Notes: generated by a model from the letters alone, not told the origin. A stretch of 64,000 nucleotides of DNA from Podarcis cretensis (GCA_951804945.1 OX638161.1:47678001-47742000), one strand, 5' to 3'; counted from the first letter of the stretch, positions 48,792 to 60,508 are shown. Numbers and translations: made by a program.

Positions 48792-49754
48792 ATGGAGAAC
48801 CAAACAAAGATCAATGAGTTTTTACTGCTGGGATTCACTGAGAATGGCAAACTAGAGATATTTTTCTTTGTCCTTTTCTTAATCATGTACCTGATGGCAG
48901 TAACGGGAAACATGATCATTATCACTATCACTCTCATGGATTTCCGCCTCAGGACACCCATGTATTTCTTCCTCCGGAATTATGCCATCTTGGAGATTGG
49001 ATATACCACTGCTGCCATCCCAAAAGCATTGTTCAACCTTGCATCTGGCAGGAAAACAATCTCGTATGCTGGATGTTTAAGCCAATCGTTTTTCTATTTC
49101 TTCCTGGGCACCACAGATTTCTTCCTGCTGACTGTGATGTCCTTTGACCGATATATGGCCATCTGCAACCCCCTAAGATATACCACCATCATGAATGAGA
49201 AATTCTGCACACTTTTGGTGCTCTTCTCTTGGATTGGGTCACTTGCTGTGATTTTGGCTCAAACTTTGCTATATATTCAATTTCCTATTTGTGGTTCAAA
49301 CATCATTGACCATTTCTTCTGCGACAGCAAACCATTACTCCATCTTCTCTGTGGTGACACACATTTCTTGGAGCTCTCCGACTTTATTATTTCAGTGTTT
49401 ACAGTACTGGGGACTTTTGCTATCACCGTTGTGTCCTATGTGAATATAATCTCAACTGTTCTCCACATCCCAAGTGCTGCAGGGAGGCAGAAGGCCTTTT
49501 CCACCTGTGCTTCCCACGTCACCATTGTCACTGTCGCCTATGGAAGCTGCATCTCTATGTACATCATACCTGAACAAGATGGTGGGCAAAACTTCAACAA
49601 GGTTGTGGCCATTCTTAACAATGTGGTTTGTCCTCTAATGACCCCCTTTGTGTACAGCCTGAGGAACAGGCAGGTCCAAGATGCTTTGAAAAATGCGTTT
49701 GCCTGCAAGCATGTATTTAATAAAATGCAGAGAAACACATGCAGTTTGAAATGA
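48792..49754 (+). CDS. Olfactory receptor, OR6-like (copy R3)
   Basis: Intact 320 aa. Confidence 0.96.
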   Translation: MENQTKINEFLLLGFTENGKLEIFFFVLFLIMYLMAVTGNMIIITITLMDFRLRTPMYFFLRNYAILEIGYTTAAIPKALFNLASGRKTISYAGCLSQSFFYFFLGTTDFFLLTVMSFDRYMAICNPLRYTTIMNEKFCTLLVLFSWIGSLAVILAQTLLYIQFPICGSNIIDHFFCDSKPLLHLLCGDTHFLELSDFIISVFTVLGTFAITVVSYVNIISTVLHIPSAAGRQKAFSTCASHVTIVTVAYGSCISMYIIPEQDGGQNFNKVVAILNNVVCPLMTPFVYSLRNRQVQDALKNAFACKHVFNKMQRNTCSLK

Positions 49755-50344
49755 TGGAAGGAAGAGGGAGTTATGAACTGGTTGAAATAGACCCATGATA
49801 CTTCTTATGGAGTTTCAGAAGTCCAAATAAATAGTTTTCTCGTTAAAACAAAAGCCTTCACTGGTGTGGAAAACCTCTGAATTATCACCAGATCCTTATT
49901 TCATATTCGGAAGATCATAGAATCATAGTTTTAGGCAGTGTTATTTTTCTATAAAAGAGAAGACGGACGTCATGGAGTTTGAAACAACGGGAGGAAGGGG
50001 AAATGTGAAGTGACTAAAATAGGCTCATGAAACATTTTGTGGTATATCTGAAGCCCAAATAAACCAATTTCTTTTAAAATAATCATTGGTTTCCAAAAGT
50101 CAATGAACTTGGCATTTCATGTGTGCCGCTTGAATTTCAAGCAACAGAAAACTCTGTTCTACATAACTGGATACTGGTAATCAGTCTTACTCCCAGTATG
50201 GTTTTTTTTAAGAAAACTTAAGCTTTTTGTGGACATTGTGTTTTTATTTCTTTCACACATCATTGTATCTTTGTATCTTTTTCAAGGAAGAACTCTTTAC
50301 TGTAGAAGATTAAATAACCCTTTAAGTGCCACTAGGGGGCAGCA

Positions 50345-50708
50345 GGTGGCGCTGTGGGTAAAAGCCTCAGCGCCTAGGGCTTGCCGATCGAAAGGTCGGC
50401 GGTTCGAATCCCTGCGGCGGGGTGCGCTCCTGTCGTTCGGTCCCAGCGCCTGCCAACCTAGCAGTTCGAAAGCACCCCTGGGTGCAAGTAGATAAATAGG
50501 GACCGCTTACTAGCGGGAAGGTAAACGGCGTTTCCGTGTGCGGCTCTGGCTCTGGCTCTGGCCAGAGCAGCGATGTCACGCTGGCCACGTGACCCGGAAG
50601 TGTCTCCGGACAGCGATGGCCCCCGGCCTCTTGAGTGAGATGGGCGCACCAACCCCAGAGTCTGGCAAGACTGGCCCGTACGGGCAGGGGTACCTTTACC
50701 TTTACCTT
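50345..50708 (+). mobile_element. Sauria SINE (duplicate)
   Basis: Same site; perfect TSD TAGGGGGCAGCA; one fewer GGCTCT unit. Confidence 0.93.
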
Positions 50709-50834
50709 TAGGGGGCAGCAAATATAACGAAATGCTGTGCAGTTTTGTCAGCACAACAACCGTCTGAGGCAGGAAGCCTGTGCCCCTGTTCATATATTCT
50801 GCCAGGGTGGTTCCAAGTCACTGGTCACACCTAT

Positions 50835-53800
50835 GTTGTTGTTGTTTAGTCGTTTAGTCGTGTCCGACTCTTCGTGACCCCATGGACCAGAGAACGCCAG
50901 GCACTCCTGTCCTCCACTGCCCCCCGCAGCTTGGTCAGACTCATGCTGGTAACCTCGAAAACACTATCCAACCATCTCGTCCTCTGTCGTCCCCTTCTCC
51001 TTGTGCCCTCCATCTTTCCCAACATCAGGGTCTTTTCCAGGGAGTCTTCTCTTCTCATGAGGTGGCCAAAGTACTGGAGCCTCAGCTTCACAATCTGTCC
51101 TTCCAGTGAGCACTCAGGGCTGATTTCCTTCAGAATGGAGAGGTTTGATCTTCTTGCAGTCCATGGGACTCTCAAGAGTCTCCTCCAGCACCATAATTCA
51201 AAAGCATCAATTCTTCGGCGATCAGCCTTCTTTATGGTCCAGCTCTCACTTCCATACATCACTACTGGGAAAACCATAGCTTTAACTATACGGACCTTTG
51301 TTGGCAAGGTGATGTCTCTACTTCTCAAGATGCTGTCTAGGCCTGACATTGCCCTTCTCCCAAGAAGCAGGCGTCTTTTAATTTCGTGGCTGCTGTCACC
51401 ATCTGCAGTGATCATGGAGCCCAAGAAAGTAAAATCTCTCACTGCCTCCATTTCTTCCCCTTCTATTTGCCAGGAGGTGATGGGACCAGTAGCCATGATC
51501 TTCGTTTTTTTGATGTTGAGCTTCAGACCATATTTTGCACTCTCCTCTTTCACCCTCAATAAAAGGTTCTTTAATTCCTCCTCACTTTCTGCCATCAAGG
51601 TTGTGTCATCTGCATATCTGAGGTTGTTGATATTTCTTCCGGCAATCTTAATTCCGGCTAGGGATTCATCCAGCCCAGCCTTTCGCATGATGAATTCTGC
51701 ATATAAGTTAAATAAGCAGGGAGACAAAATGCAGCCTTGTCGTACTCCTTTCCCAATTTTGAACCAGTCAGTTGTTCCATATCCAGTTCTAACTGTAGCT
51801 TCTTGTCCCACATAGAGATTTCTCAGGAGACAGATGAGGTGATCAGGCACTCCCATTTCTTTAAGAACTTGCCATAGTTTGCCATGGTCGACACAGTCAA
51901 AGGCTTTTGCATAGTCAATGAAGCAGAAGTAAATGTCTTTCTGGAACTCTCTAGCTTTCTCCATAATCCAGCACATGTTTGCAATTTGGTCTCTGGTTCC
52001 TCTGCCTCTTCTAAATCCAGCTTGCACTTCTGGGAGTTCTCGGTCCACATACTGCTTGAGCCTTCCTTGTAGAATTTTAAGCATAACCTTGCTAGCGTGA
52101 GAAATTAGTGCAATTGTGCGATAGTTGGAGCATTCTTTGGCACTGCCCTTCTTTGGGATTGGGATGTAGACTGATCTTCTCCAATCTTCTGGCCACTGCT
52201 GAGTTTTCCAAACTTGCTGGCATATTGAGTGTAGCACCTTAACAGCATCATCTTTTAAAATTTTAAATAGTTCAGCTGGAATACCATCACTTCCACTGGC
52301 CTTGTTATTTGCAGTGCTTTCTAAGGCCCATTTGACTTCACTCTCCAGGATGTCTGGCTCAAGGTCAGCAACCACACTACCTGGGGTATATGAGACATCC
52401 GTTTCTTTCTGGTATAATTCCTCTGTGTATTCTTGCCACCTCTTCTTGATGTCTTCTGCTTCTGTTAGGTTCTTTCCACTTTTGTCCTTTATTATGGAAA
52501 TCTTTGTACGAAATGTTCCTTTCATATCTCCAATTTTCTTGAACAGATCTCTGGTTCTTCCCATTCTATTGCTTTCCTCTATTTCTTTGCATTGCTTGTT
52601 TAAGAAGGTCTTCTTGTCTCTCCTTGCTATTCTTTGGAAATCTGCATTCAATTTCCTGTATGTTTCACGATCTCCCTTGCATTTTGCTTGCCTTCTCTCC
52701 CCCGCTATTTGTAAGGCCTCATTGGACAGCCACTTTGCTTTCTTGCATTTCCTTTTCATTGGGATGGTTTTCGTTGCTGCCTCCTGTATAATGTTACGAG
52801 CCTCCATCCATAGTTCTTCAGGCACTCTGTCCACCAAATCTAAATCCTTAAACCTGTTCCTCACTTCCACTGTATATTCATAAGGGATTTGACTTAGATT
52901 GTATCTTACCGGCCCAGTGGTTTTTCCTACTTTCTTCAGTTTAAGCTTGAATTTTGCTATAAGAAGCTGATGATCTGAGCCACAGTCAGCTCCAGGTCTT
53001 GTTTTTGCTGACTGTATAGAGCTTCTCCATCTTTGGCTGCAGAGAATATAATCAATCTGATTTCGATGCTGCCCATCTGGTGATGTCCATGTGTAGAGTC
53101 GTCTCTTGTGTTGTTGGAAAAGCGTGTTTGTGATGACCAGCTTGTTCTCTTGACAGAACTCTATTAGCCTTTGACCTGCTTCGTTTTGATCTCCAAGGCC
53201 AAACTTGCCAGTTGTTCCTTTTATCTCTTGACTCCCTACTTTAGCATTCCAATCCCCTATAATGAGAAGAACATCCTTCTTTGGTGTCACTTCTATAAGG
53301 TGTTGTAAGTCTTCATAGAATTGGTCAATTTCAGTTTCTTCAGCACCAGTAGTTGGTGCATAAACTTGGATTACTGTGATGTTAAAAGGTCTGCCTTGGA
53401 TTCGTATCGAGATCATTCTATCATTTTTGAGATTGCATCCCAGTACAGCTTTTGCCACTCTTTTGTTGACTATGAGGGCCACTCCATTTCTTTTACGGGT
53501 TTCTTGCCCACAGTAGTAGATATGATGGTCATCCGAACTGAATTCACCCATTCCCGTCCATTTTAGTTCACTGATGCCCAGGATGTCAATATTTATTCTT
53601 GCCATCTCATTTTTGACCACCTCCAACTTACCCATGTTCATGGTTCTTACATTCCAGGTTCCTATGCAATATTTTTCTTTACAGCATTGGACTTTCCTTT
53701 CGCTTCCAGGCATATCCGCAACTGAGCGTCCTTTCGGCTTTGGCCCAGCCGCTTCATCAGCTCTGGATCTACTTGTACTTGCCCTCCGCTCTTCCCCAGT

Positions 53801-54057
53801 AGCATGTTGGACGCCTTCCGACCTGAGGGGCTCATCTTCTGGCGTCATAACTTTTATATGCCTGTTGTCTTTGTCCATGGAGTTTTCTTGGCAGGGATAC
53901 TGGAGTGGCTTGCCGGTTCCTCCTCCAGGTGGATCACGTTTGGTCAAAACTCTCCACTATGACCTGTTCATCTTGGGTGCCCTGCTCGGCATAGTTCATA
54001 GCTTCTCTGAGTTCTTCAAGCCCCTTCGCCACGGCAAGGCAGTGATCCATGAAGGGG
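50835..54057 (-). mobile_element. Full-length Bov-B (RTE clade) LINE, ~3.2 kb
   Basis: Bov-B-type 5' end (CATGGATCACTGCCTTGCCGTGGCGAAGGGG), single ORF, (CAA)n tail, TSD GGTCACACC; empty sites at ~37665 and ~44250. Confidence 0.97.
50846..53878 (-). CDS. Bov-B ORF: APE endonuclease plus reverse transcriptase (1010 aa from the first ATG)
   Basis: GTWNVR, LGISE, QVYAPT, GDWNAK, QIDYI, SDH (endonuclease); QAGFR, FIDYAKAFD, GVRQGCILSP, LRYADD (RT); no stops. Confidence 0.96.
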   Translation of the reverse strand: MDKDNRHIKVMTPEDEPLRSEGVQHATGEERRASTSRSRADEAAGPKPKGRSVADMPGSERKVQCCKEKYCIGTWNVRTMNMGKLEVVKNEMARINIDILGISELKWTGMGEFSSDDHHIYYCGQETRKRNGVALIVNKRVAKAVLGCNLKNDRMISIRIQGRPFNITVIQVYAPTTGAEETEIDQFYEDLQHLIEVTPKKDVLLIIGDWNAKVGSQEIKGTTGKFGLGDQNEAGQRLIEFCQENKLVITNTLFQQHKRRLYTWTSPDGQHRNQIDYILCSQRWRSSIQSAKTRPGADCGSDHQLLIAKFKLKLKKVGKTTGPVRYNLSQIPYEYTVEVRNRFKDLDLVDRVPEELWMEARNIIQEAATKTIPMKRKCKKAKWLSNEALQIAGERRQAKCKGDRETYRKLNADFQRIARRDKKTFLNKQCKEIEESNRMGRTRDLFKKIGDMKGTFRTKISIIKDKSGKNLTEAEDIKKRWQEYTEELYQKETDVSYTPGSVVADLEPDILESEVKWALESTANNKASGSDGIPAELFKILKDDAVKVLHSICQQVWKTQQWPEDWRRSVYIPIPKKGSAKECSNYRTIALISHASKVMLKILQGRLKQYVDRELPEVQAGFRRGRGTRDQIANMCWIMEKAREFQKDIYFCFIDYAKAFDCVDHGKLWQVLKEMGVPDHLICLLRNLYVGQEATVRTGYGTTDWFKIGKGVRQGCILSPCLFNLYAEFIMRKAGLDESLAGIKIAGRNINNLRYADDTTLMAESEEELKNLLLRVKEESAKYGLKLNIKKTKIMATGPITSWQIEGEEMEAVRDFTFLGSMITADGDSSHEIKRRLLLGRRAMSGLDSILRSRDITLPTKVRIVKAMVFPVVMYGSESWTIKKADRRRIDAFELWCWRRLLRVPWTARRSNLSILKEISPECSLEGQIVKLRLQYFGHLMRREDSLEKTLMLGKMEGTRRRGRQRTRWLDSVFEVTSMSLTKLRGAVEDRSAWRSLVHGVTKSRTRLND

Positions 54058-55228
54058 GGTCACACCCCTTTTTTTAAAAAGTGGTATAAGAGTGCATACC
54101 ATACATTTAATGCACTCTTACACCACTTTAAAAACCATGGCTTTCCCCAAAGATTTCTGGGAACTGCAGTTTACTGAGGGTGCTGGGAATTGCAGCTCTG
54201 CAAAGGTTTGACTAGCAACCCTCATGCGACCTCCGCTCTTGTGAAAACTGGGCCTTCTGGTTGGAATACCCTATTGTGAAAATGGACCCATTTTTAATCA
54301 CTGCAGACCATCACTGAAACAGGCAAAGGAGAGGGGTGCTGCCTATAGACAGAGCAAGGGTAGCTAACCTGTGGTCCTACCAAAGTTAACCACCACTGAT
54401 GTACAGAGATCCAAAGATACATTTTTGCCATCTTCTAAAAGGGTCCTTGGGCAACATATATAACCACTCATTATAGTCATTTTCTTGCTTTGCTCAACAT
54501 GCTGACAGGTCCAGTGTGTATGTTATATATATATATATATATATAAATAACAATCGGGGACTTCCTGCACTTGGCCAATTGTTTTCTGTCCTTAGTTATG
54601 GGTGCAACACATTCCACTGTGGGGGGCAGGGAGGGCTGAGTGGCAGAGCACCTGATTTCCACACAGAAAGTCCTGGGTTCAATTGCTACCAATTTCAGAT
54701 AGGCCTGGGAAAGACTGGAATAATCATCAGCTCCTAACCTGGAGATTGAATTTGGGTCGCTCTGAATCTGGCAGTGGCTGCTGGGAGCTGTGGTCCAAAC
54801 ATGTGGAGAGCATGGGTTGGAGAAGGCTAATCTGTGCAAATTAACGCAGCTTTGTTCCACTTAAGAATGAACATCCTCCTCCCAAGGGACCTTTAAATAA
54901 AGCTTGTCTCACTAGTATTCCATGGAGAGGATGACGGAAGACACCCAGCCATGATAAGATTTAAGTGAGACAGGAACTCTATATTATAGATCTGGTGCTG
55001 ATAGCTGCATCATACCATGGTAAGGCACATTATTGAATATTATACTGCTTTGCTTTATGGACTTTCTATCCTAGTATATGCACATCTGCACCCACTACTT
55101 GGCTGGAGAACAGCATTCCAAAATTTCGAGAACTGAAATTTTTGAAAAGGACACCCCCCCCCCCGTTTATGTGTTATTAGTTGTTTTGAAAGCCTTCAAC
55201 AACACACATTTAACAACAATGTAATGTG

Positions 55229-55720
55229 AAGAATGTTGATGCTTTCCGTAACAACTTTGCTCCCACGCTTTTGCTGAGTCGGTTGTCCTTCTGTGGCGAT
55301 AATGTCATAGACCATTTTTTCTGTGACTATGGTCCAATGATAAAACTTCCTTGAAATCAGGTGCAGCTCCTTCTGGCTCTGGAGGACATTCTTTCTGGAC
55401 CGGTGTTAGTCACCTCCTTTTCTGTCATGGGTCTCTCCGATGTCTACATCATTGCAACCATCTTGCACATGTACTCCATAAAAGGTCAGCAAAAGACGTT
55501 TCCAACCTGCGCTTCTCACAGCAGAGCCACATCCATCTTTTATGGCAGTGCAATATTCATGTACTCCTTGCCCAGCCAGGGATGATCTGGGGATGTCCAG
55601 AAGGGAGTTGCAGTCCTTACTGGAGCGTTTATACCATTTTTGAATCCTTTTATTTATAGTCTAAGGAATGAGAAGGTCAATGAAGCCTTCAAAGACTATC
55701 TGAAAAGCAGGAAATCTGAA
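55229..55720 (+). pseudogene. OR pseudogene fragment (duplicate)
   Basis: Paralog of 39110-39600. Confidence 0.85.
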
Positions 55721-55824
55721 CACGTGTGGTCCTTTTTTACAAAGTGGCTGGCAAATTAGGGAGGCTCTAGGGTGGTGAATTAGTGGCAGCAATGTTTGTT
55801 GTTTGTGGCAGCAATGTTTGTAGT

Positions 55825-56244
55825 TTGTAGCTGGACCATCAAGAAGGCTGATCACCGAAGAATTGATGCTTTTGAATTATGGTGCTGGAGGAGACTCTTG
55901 AGAGTCCCATGGACTGCAAGAAGATCAAACGTATCCATTCTTAAGGAAATCAGCCCTGAGTGCTCACTGGAAGGACAGATCGTGAAGCTGAGGCTCCAAT
56001 ACTTTGGCCACCTCATGAGAAGAAAAGACTCCCTGGAAAAGACCCTGATGTTGGGAAAGATGGAGGGCACAAGGAGAAGGGGACGACAGAAGACGAGATG
56101 GTTGGACAGTGTTCTTGAAGCTACAAACATGAGTCTGACCAAACTGCGGGAGGCAGTGGAAGACAGGAGTGCCTGGCGTGCTCTGGTCCATGGGGTCACG
56201 AAGAATCGGACACGACTAAACGACTAAACAACAACAACAACAAC
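55825..56244 (+). mobile_element. 5'-truncated Bov-B (duplicate)
   Basis: Same truncation point and TSD. Confidence 0.95.
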
Positions 56245-56999
56245 ATGTTTGTAGTAGGTTGAGGCCCTTTCCTTTGGTACAAAGAGACAGATCCCGTCTT
56301 CCAACTGGCAATATCAAGGCAACCTACAACCTGTTATATGCCTACAGGAAAGCTGTATGTAGGACCTGAGTGCAGCAGCACCCAGAAAGCAGAGTGGTGG
56401 CTAAAAATTCCCTCGCTCCCCTTTCAACTTATTCCTTTTACAACCCCCCCCCCAAAAAAAAACCATTTTATGGCAGAAATCCTTAGCAATTTGGAATGGA
56501 ATGGTAAACCTGCCATCCACCCAACATGCCTTTACCTACCCCAAAATGTCCCTCATAAATCCTGCCTTTTCTGGGGCACAACTGATCTCATGAACAGGTA
56601 TGTGTCCAGCCCTGTATAAATATCAGGAAAGCACTCATTTCACTGCATAATAAGGGATTTATCAGTGTGTGAGAGCATATCTATATATATGTGTTTATCT
56701 GTTTGGCAGGACTATTATTTTTAAAGGATCAAATTGATGTAGAAACAGAATTAAGGCATGTGAATGAGATGTGAGCCAAAATCCTATTTTGATTACATAT
56801 AGTACATCTATAATACTCCCCCCTCCCTCTCCCGAAAAAACACCCTCAGATTGAAGGGGAAAGACCTGAGGGGTGAATGCCAGCTATGCTCTTTTGAAGG
56901 AAGACAGCTGAAGGCAGCCCTGTATCAGGAAATTTTTAATGTCTGATGTTTTACAATTTTTTATATATGCTGTAAGTGGCCCAGAGTGGCTGGGGAAAC

Positions 57000-57176
57000 N
57001 NNNNNNNNNNNNNNNNNNNNNNNNNNNNNNNNNNNNNNNNNNNNNNNNNNNNNNNNNNNNNNNNNNNNNNNNNNNNNNNNNNNNNNNNNNNNNNNNNNNN
57101 NNNNNNNNNNNNNNNNNNNNNNNNNNNNNNNNNNNNNNNNNNNNNNNNNNNNNNNNNNNNNNNNNNNNNNNNNNNN
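57000..57176. other. Assembly gap (177 N)
   Basis: N run; the paralogous position (~47473-47587) is a (TA)n/(TTG)n/(TTA)n microsatellite. Confidence 0.99.
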
Positions 57177-58377
57177 CCACTTTTGCCATTATATTCATAG
57201 TATTCCCTCCCTTCCACCTGTGTTTCTTTAGGCACTGTGGCTGGACTCCAATTACACACTTTTTGAAATCTTAGAGCTCTCTCACAGCCATTTTGGACAG
57301 GAAGGCTTCTATGTACTCTGACTTCAGGCCACAGATGCCGTACATGGTAATTTTCTGACCTGAGCTCCATGACAGTTAGCAAAGTTGTTGTAGCAATTTC
57401 CTGCCACAATCCCATTTGCTCAGCTTGTGATTTTGGTAATCCAACCATTGTCACAGTGAAGTCAGACTCTCTTTCAGGGCAGAGGCAGTCACAATACAAT
57501 GGACATGGTGTGATGAGGTATTACGGAGCATGAGGCAAAGGGCAGGATGCCACCTTCCCTCTAGCTACAGAAACTGTCTATACTGTGGCAGCTGACTCTT
57601 ACATCAACACTGGTGACACAGTGAAGTCCTCTGCCAAACTTTAGCTGAAGGAATATATGGCAGGGCTTGTGGTATCCACAACTCTATCCTCAACATTGCA
57701 CTGATACCGTTCAGCATCTGTTCCATAAGGTAACTGCCTCACTCAGCCTAAGTTAGGACTGACCATGGTGATGTGCAAATTCACTAACTGTCTTCCTCAT
57801 GCACTATCTCACAAACACTGTTATTAAGTCTTCATTAAGTGGAAGTACTAACCATTTGTGTGAATGTCAATTACCAATAAATATTGGTGGTCCCAATGAA
57901 TTTCTTTGCAGACATGTTGTCAGACAAGGACTTTGCAGGTGATCAGTTCAGTGTTTGCATGTGTGCTTGACTCTTTGCATGTGTGCTTTGGATAAAATTG
58001 GCACTTGTAAATGGACATTTTCCCTCTATCTTTGCAAGTATGGTTAGTTGAATCCAGTTGTGTGAATTTCCACAGATTATTTAGCTCAGCTGGAAGAGCA
58101 TGAGACTCTTAATCTTAGGGTCTTGGGTTCAGGTCAAACACTGGGCAAAAGGATTTTTGCATTGCAGGTGTTTTGACTAGATGACCCTTGTGGTTCCTTT
58201 AACTTTATGATTCTATGACTCCGATTCTGAGTCAATGTATGAAACAGGAGGCTGAACTATATGATTCTGTGGTCTGATCCAGGCAGGTTTGGCTTAACTT
58301 CATAATGATAATGATAATAATGCTAATTATCTATACTAATCTTTTGCCAGCAGATAACTCATGAAAGTCAAGACTTT

Positions 58378-59340
58378 ATGGAGAACCAAACAAAGATCAA
58401 TGAGTTTTTACTGCTGGGATTCACTGAGAACGCCAAACTAGAGATATTTTTCTTTGTCCTTTTCTTAATCATGTACCTGATGGCAGTAACAGGAAACATG
58501 ATGATTATCACCATCACTCTCATGGATTTCCGCCTCAGGACACCCATGTATTTCTTCCTCCGGAATTATGCCATCTTGGAGATTGGATACACCACTGCTG
58601 CCATCCCAAAGGCGTTGTTCAACCTTGCATCTGGCAGGAAAACAATCTCGTATGCTGGATGTATAAGCCAATTGTTTTTCTATTTCTTCCTGGGCACCAC
58701 AGATTTCTTCTTGCTGACTGTGATGTCCTTTGACCGATATGTGGCCATCTGCAACCCCCTAAGGTACGCCACCATCATGAATGAGAAATTCTGCACACTT
58801 TTGGTGCTCTTCTCTTGGATTGGGTCACTTGCTGTGATTTTGGCTCAAACTCTGCTATATGTTCAATTTCCTATTTGCGGCTCAAACATCATTGACCATT
58901 TCTTCTGCGACAGCAAAGCATTACTCCATCTTCTCTGTGGTGACACACATTTCCTAGAGCTCTCCAGCTTTATTCTTTCAGTGTTTACACTACTGGGGAC
59001 TTTCGCTATCACCGTTGTGTCCTATGTGAATATAATCTCAACTGTTCTCCACATCCCAACTGCTGCAGGGAGGCAGAAGGCCTTTTCCACCTGTGCTTCC
59101 CACATCACCATTGTCACTGTCACCTATGGAAGCTGCATCTCTATGTACGTCATACCTGAGCGGGATGGTGGGCAAAACTTCAACAAGGTTGTGGCCGTTC
59201 TTAACAATGTGGTTTGTCCTCTAATGACCCCCTTTGTGTACAGCCTGAGGAACAGGCAGGTCCAAGATGCTTTGAAAAATTCTTTTGCCTACAAGCATGT
59301 ATTTAATAAAATGCAGAGAAACTCATGCAGTTTGAAATGA
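58378..59340 (+). CDS. Olfactory receptor, OR6-like (copy R4)
   Basis: Intact 320 aa. Confidence 0.96.
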   Translation: MENQTKINEFLLLGFTENAKLEIFFFVLFLIMYLMAVTGNMMIITITLMDFRLRTPMYFFLRNYAILEIGYTTAAIPKALFNLASGRKTISYAGCISQLFFYFFLGTTDFFLLTVMSFDRYVAICNPLRYATIMNEKFCTLLVLFSWIGSLAVILAQTLLYVQFPICGSNIIDHFFCDSKALLHLLCGDTHFLELSSFILSVFTLLGTFAITVVSYVNIISTVLHIPTAAGRQKAFSTCASHITIVTVTYGSCISMYVIPERDGGQNFNKVVAVLNNVVCPLMTPFVYSLRNRQVQDALKNSFAYKHVFNKMQRNSCSLK

Positions 59341-59649
59341 TGGAAAGAAGGGGGAGTTATGAACTGGTTGCAATAGACCCATGATACTTCTTATGGAGTT
59401 TCAGAAGCTGAAATAAATAGTTTTCTCATTAAAACAAAAGCCTTCACTGGTGTGGAAAACCTGTGAATTATCACCAGATCCTTATTTCATAGTCAGAAAA
59501 TCATAGAATCAGAGTTTTAGGCAGTGTTATTTTTCTATAAAAATTAATGCCAGAACTCACCATGAACCTCTCTCTTGCTCTCTTATAATGGCCATGGTGC
59601 CCACCTGAGAAGTGCCAGAACTGAGTTTTGATGAACTTTGGCTGACAAG

Positions 59650-60115
59650 GACCCTCGTAGCTTCGGGACCACCTCTCCTAGTATGTCCCACAGAGGACCT
59701 TTCTTGGAGAACATCTTGGAGATCCCAGGCCACAGGGAGGTTAAGCTGGCCTCAACCAGAGCCAGGGCTTTTTCGGGCGTGGCCCATATCTGGTGGAATG
59801 CTCTGTCACAAGAGACTAGGGCCCTGCCGGACTTGACATCTTTCTGCAGGGCCTGCAAGACAGAGCTGTACCACCAGGCCTTTGGCCAAGGCACAGTCTA
59901 TCCCCCTCTCTCCTTTATCTAATCCTCATAAAACTCTAACCCAATGGTTGCCATTAATTTGATTCTGAACTCATTTTAGAATGAATGTATTTTAATTAAT
60001 TGACTGTGTGATTTTATGTACACTGTACTATTTTTACTTGTTGTTACCCGCTCTGAGCCCAGCTTTGGCCGGGGAGGGTGGGATACAAATAAATTATTAT
60101 TATTATTATTATTTA
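59650..60115 (+). mobile_element. L2 LINE 3' fragment
   Basis: RAFSGVAHIWWNALS..R....LTSF....KTEL...AF is the L2 ORF2 C-terminal signature; (TTA)n tail. Confidence 0.8.
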
Positions 60116-60269
60116 TATATTAAAAAAAACCTGGTTTGAGGCCTTGTAGGCCAAATCTGCATCCAGGGCTGGAAATCTAGAGCAAGCCAACCTGGAACAT
60201 ATGTGGCCATTCATGGTAGGAAGCATTCACCACAACACTTTGCTCCGATGGAAGCTGCATCTCTATGTA

Positions 60270-60508
60270 CAGTGGTACCTCGAGTTAAGTACTTAATTCG
60301 TTCCAGAGGTCCGTTCTTAACCTGAAGCTGTTCTTAACCTGAAGCATCATTTTATCTAATGGGGCCTCCTCCTGCCGCGCCACCGGAGCATGATTTCTGT
60401 TCTCATCCTGAAGCAAAGTTCTTAACCCGAGGTAATATTTCTGGGTTAGCGGAGTCTGTAATCTGAAGCGTATGTAACCTCAAGCGTATTTAACCCGAGG
60501 TACCACTG
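60270..60508. mobile_element. Tc1/mariner MITE inserted in an OR fragment
   Basis: TA TSD; TIR CAGTGGTACCTCG; empty site ATGTACAT near 9013-9020. Confidence 0.9.

Noticed and set aside
50874-51815. 313-aa plus-strand ORF, plus ORFs 52302-52883 and 53574-54077
   Set aside because: Antisense shadows of the Bov-B ORF; no independent motifs
56884-57499. ORFs containing X runs
   Set aside because: Artefacts of the N gap
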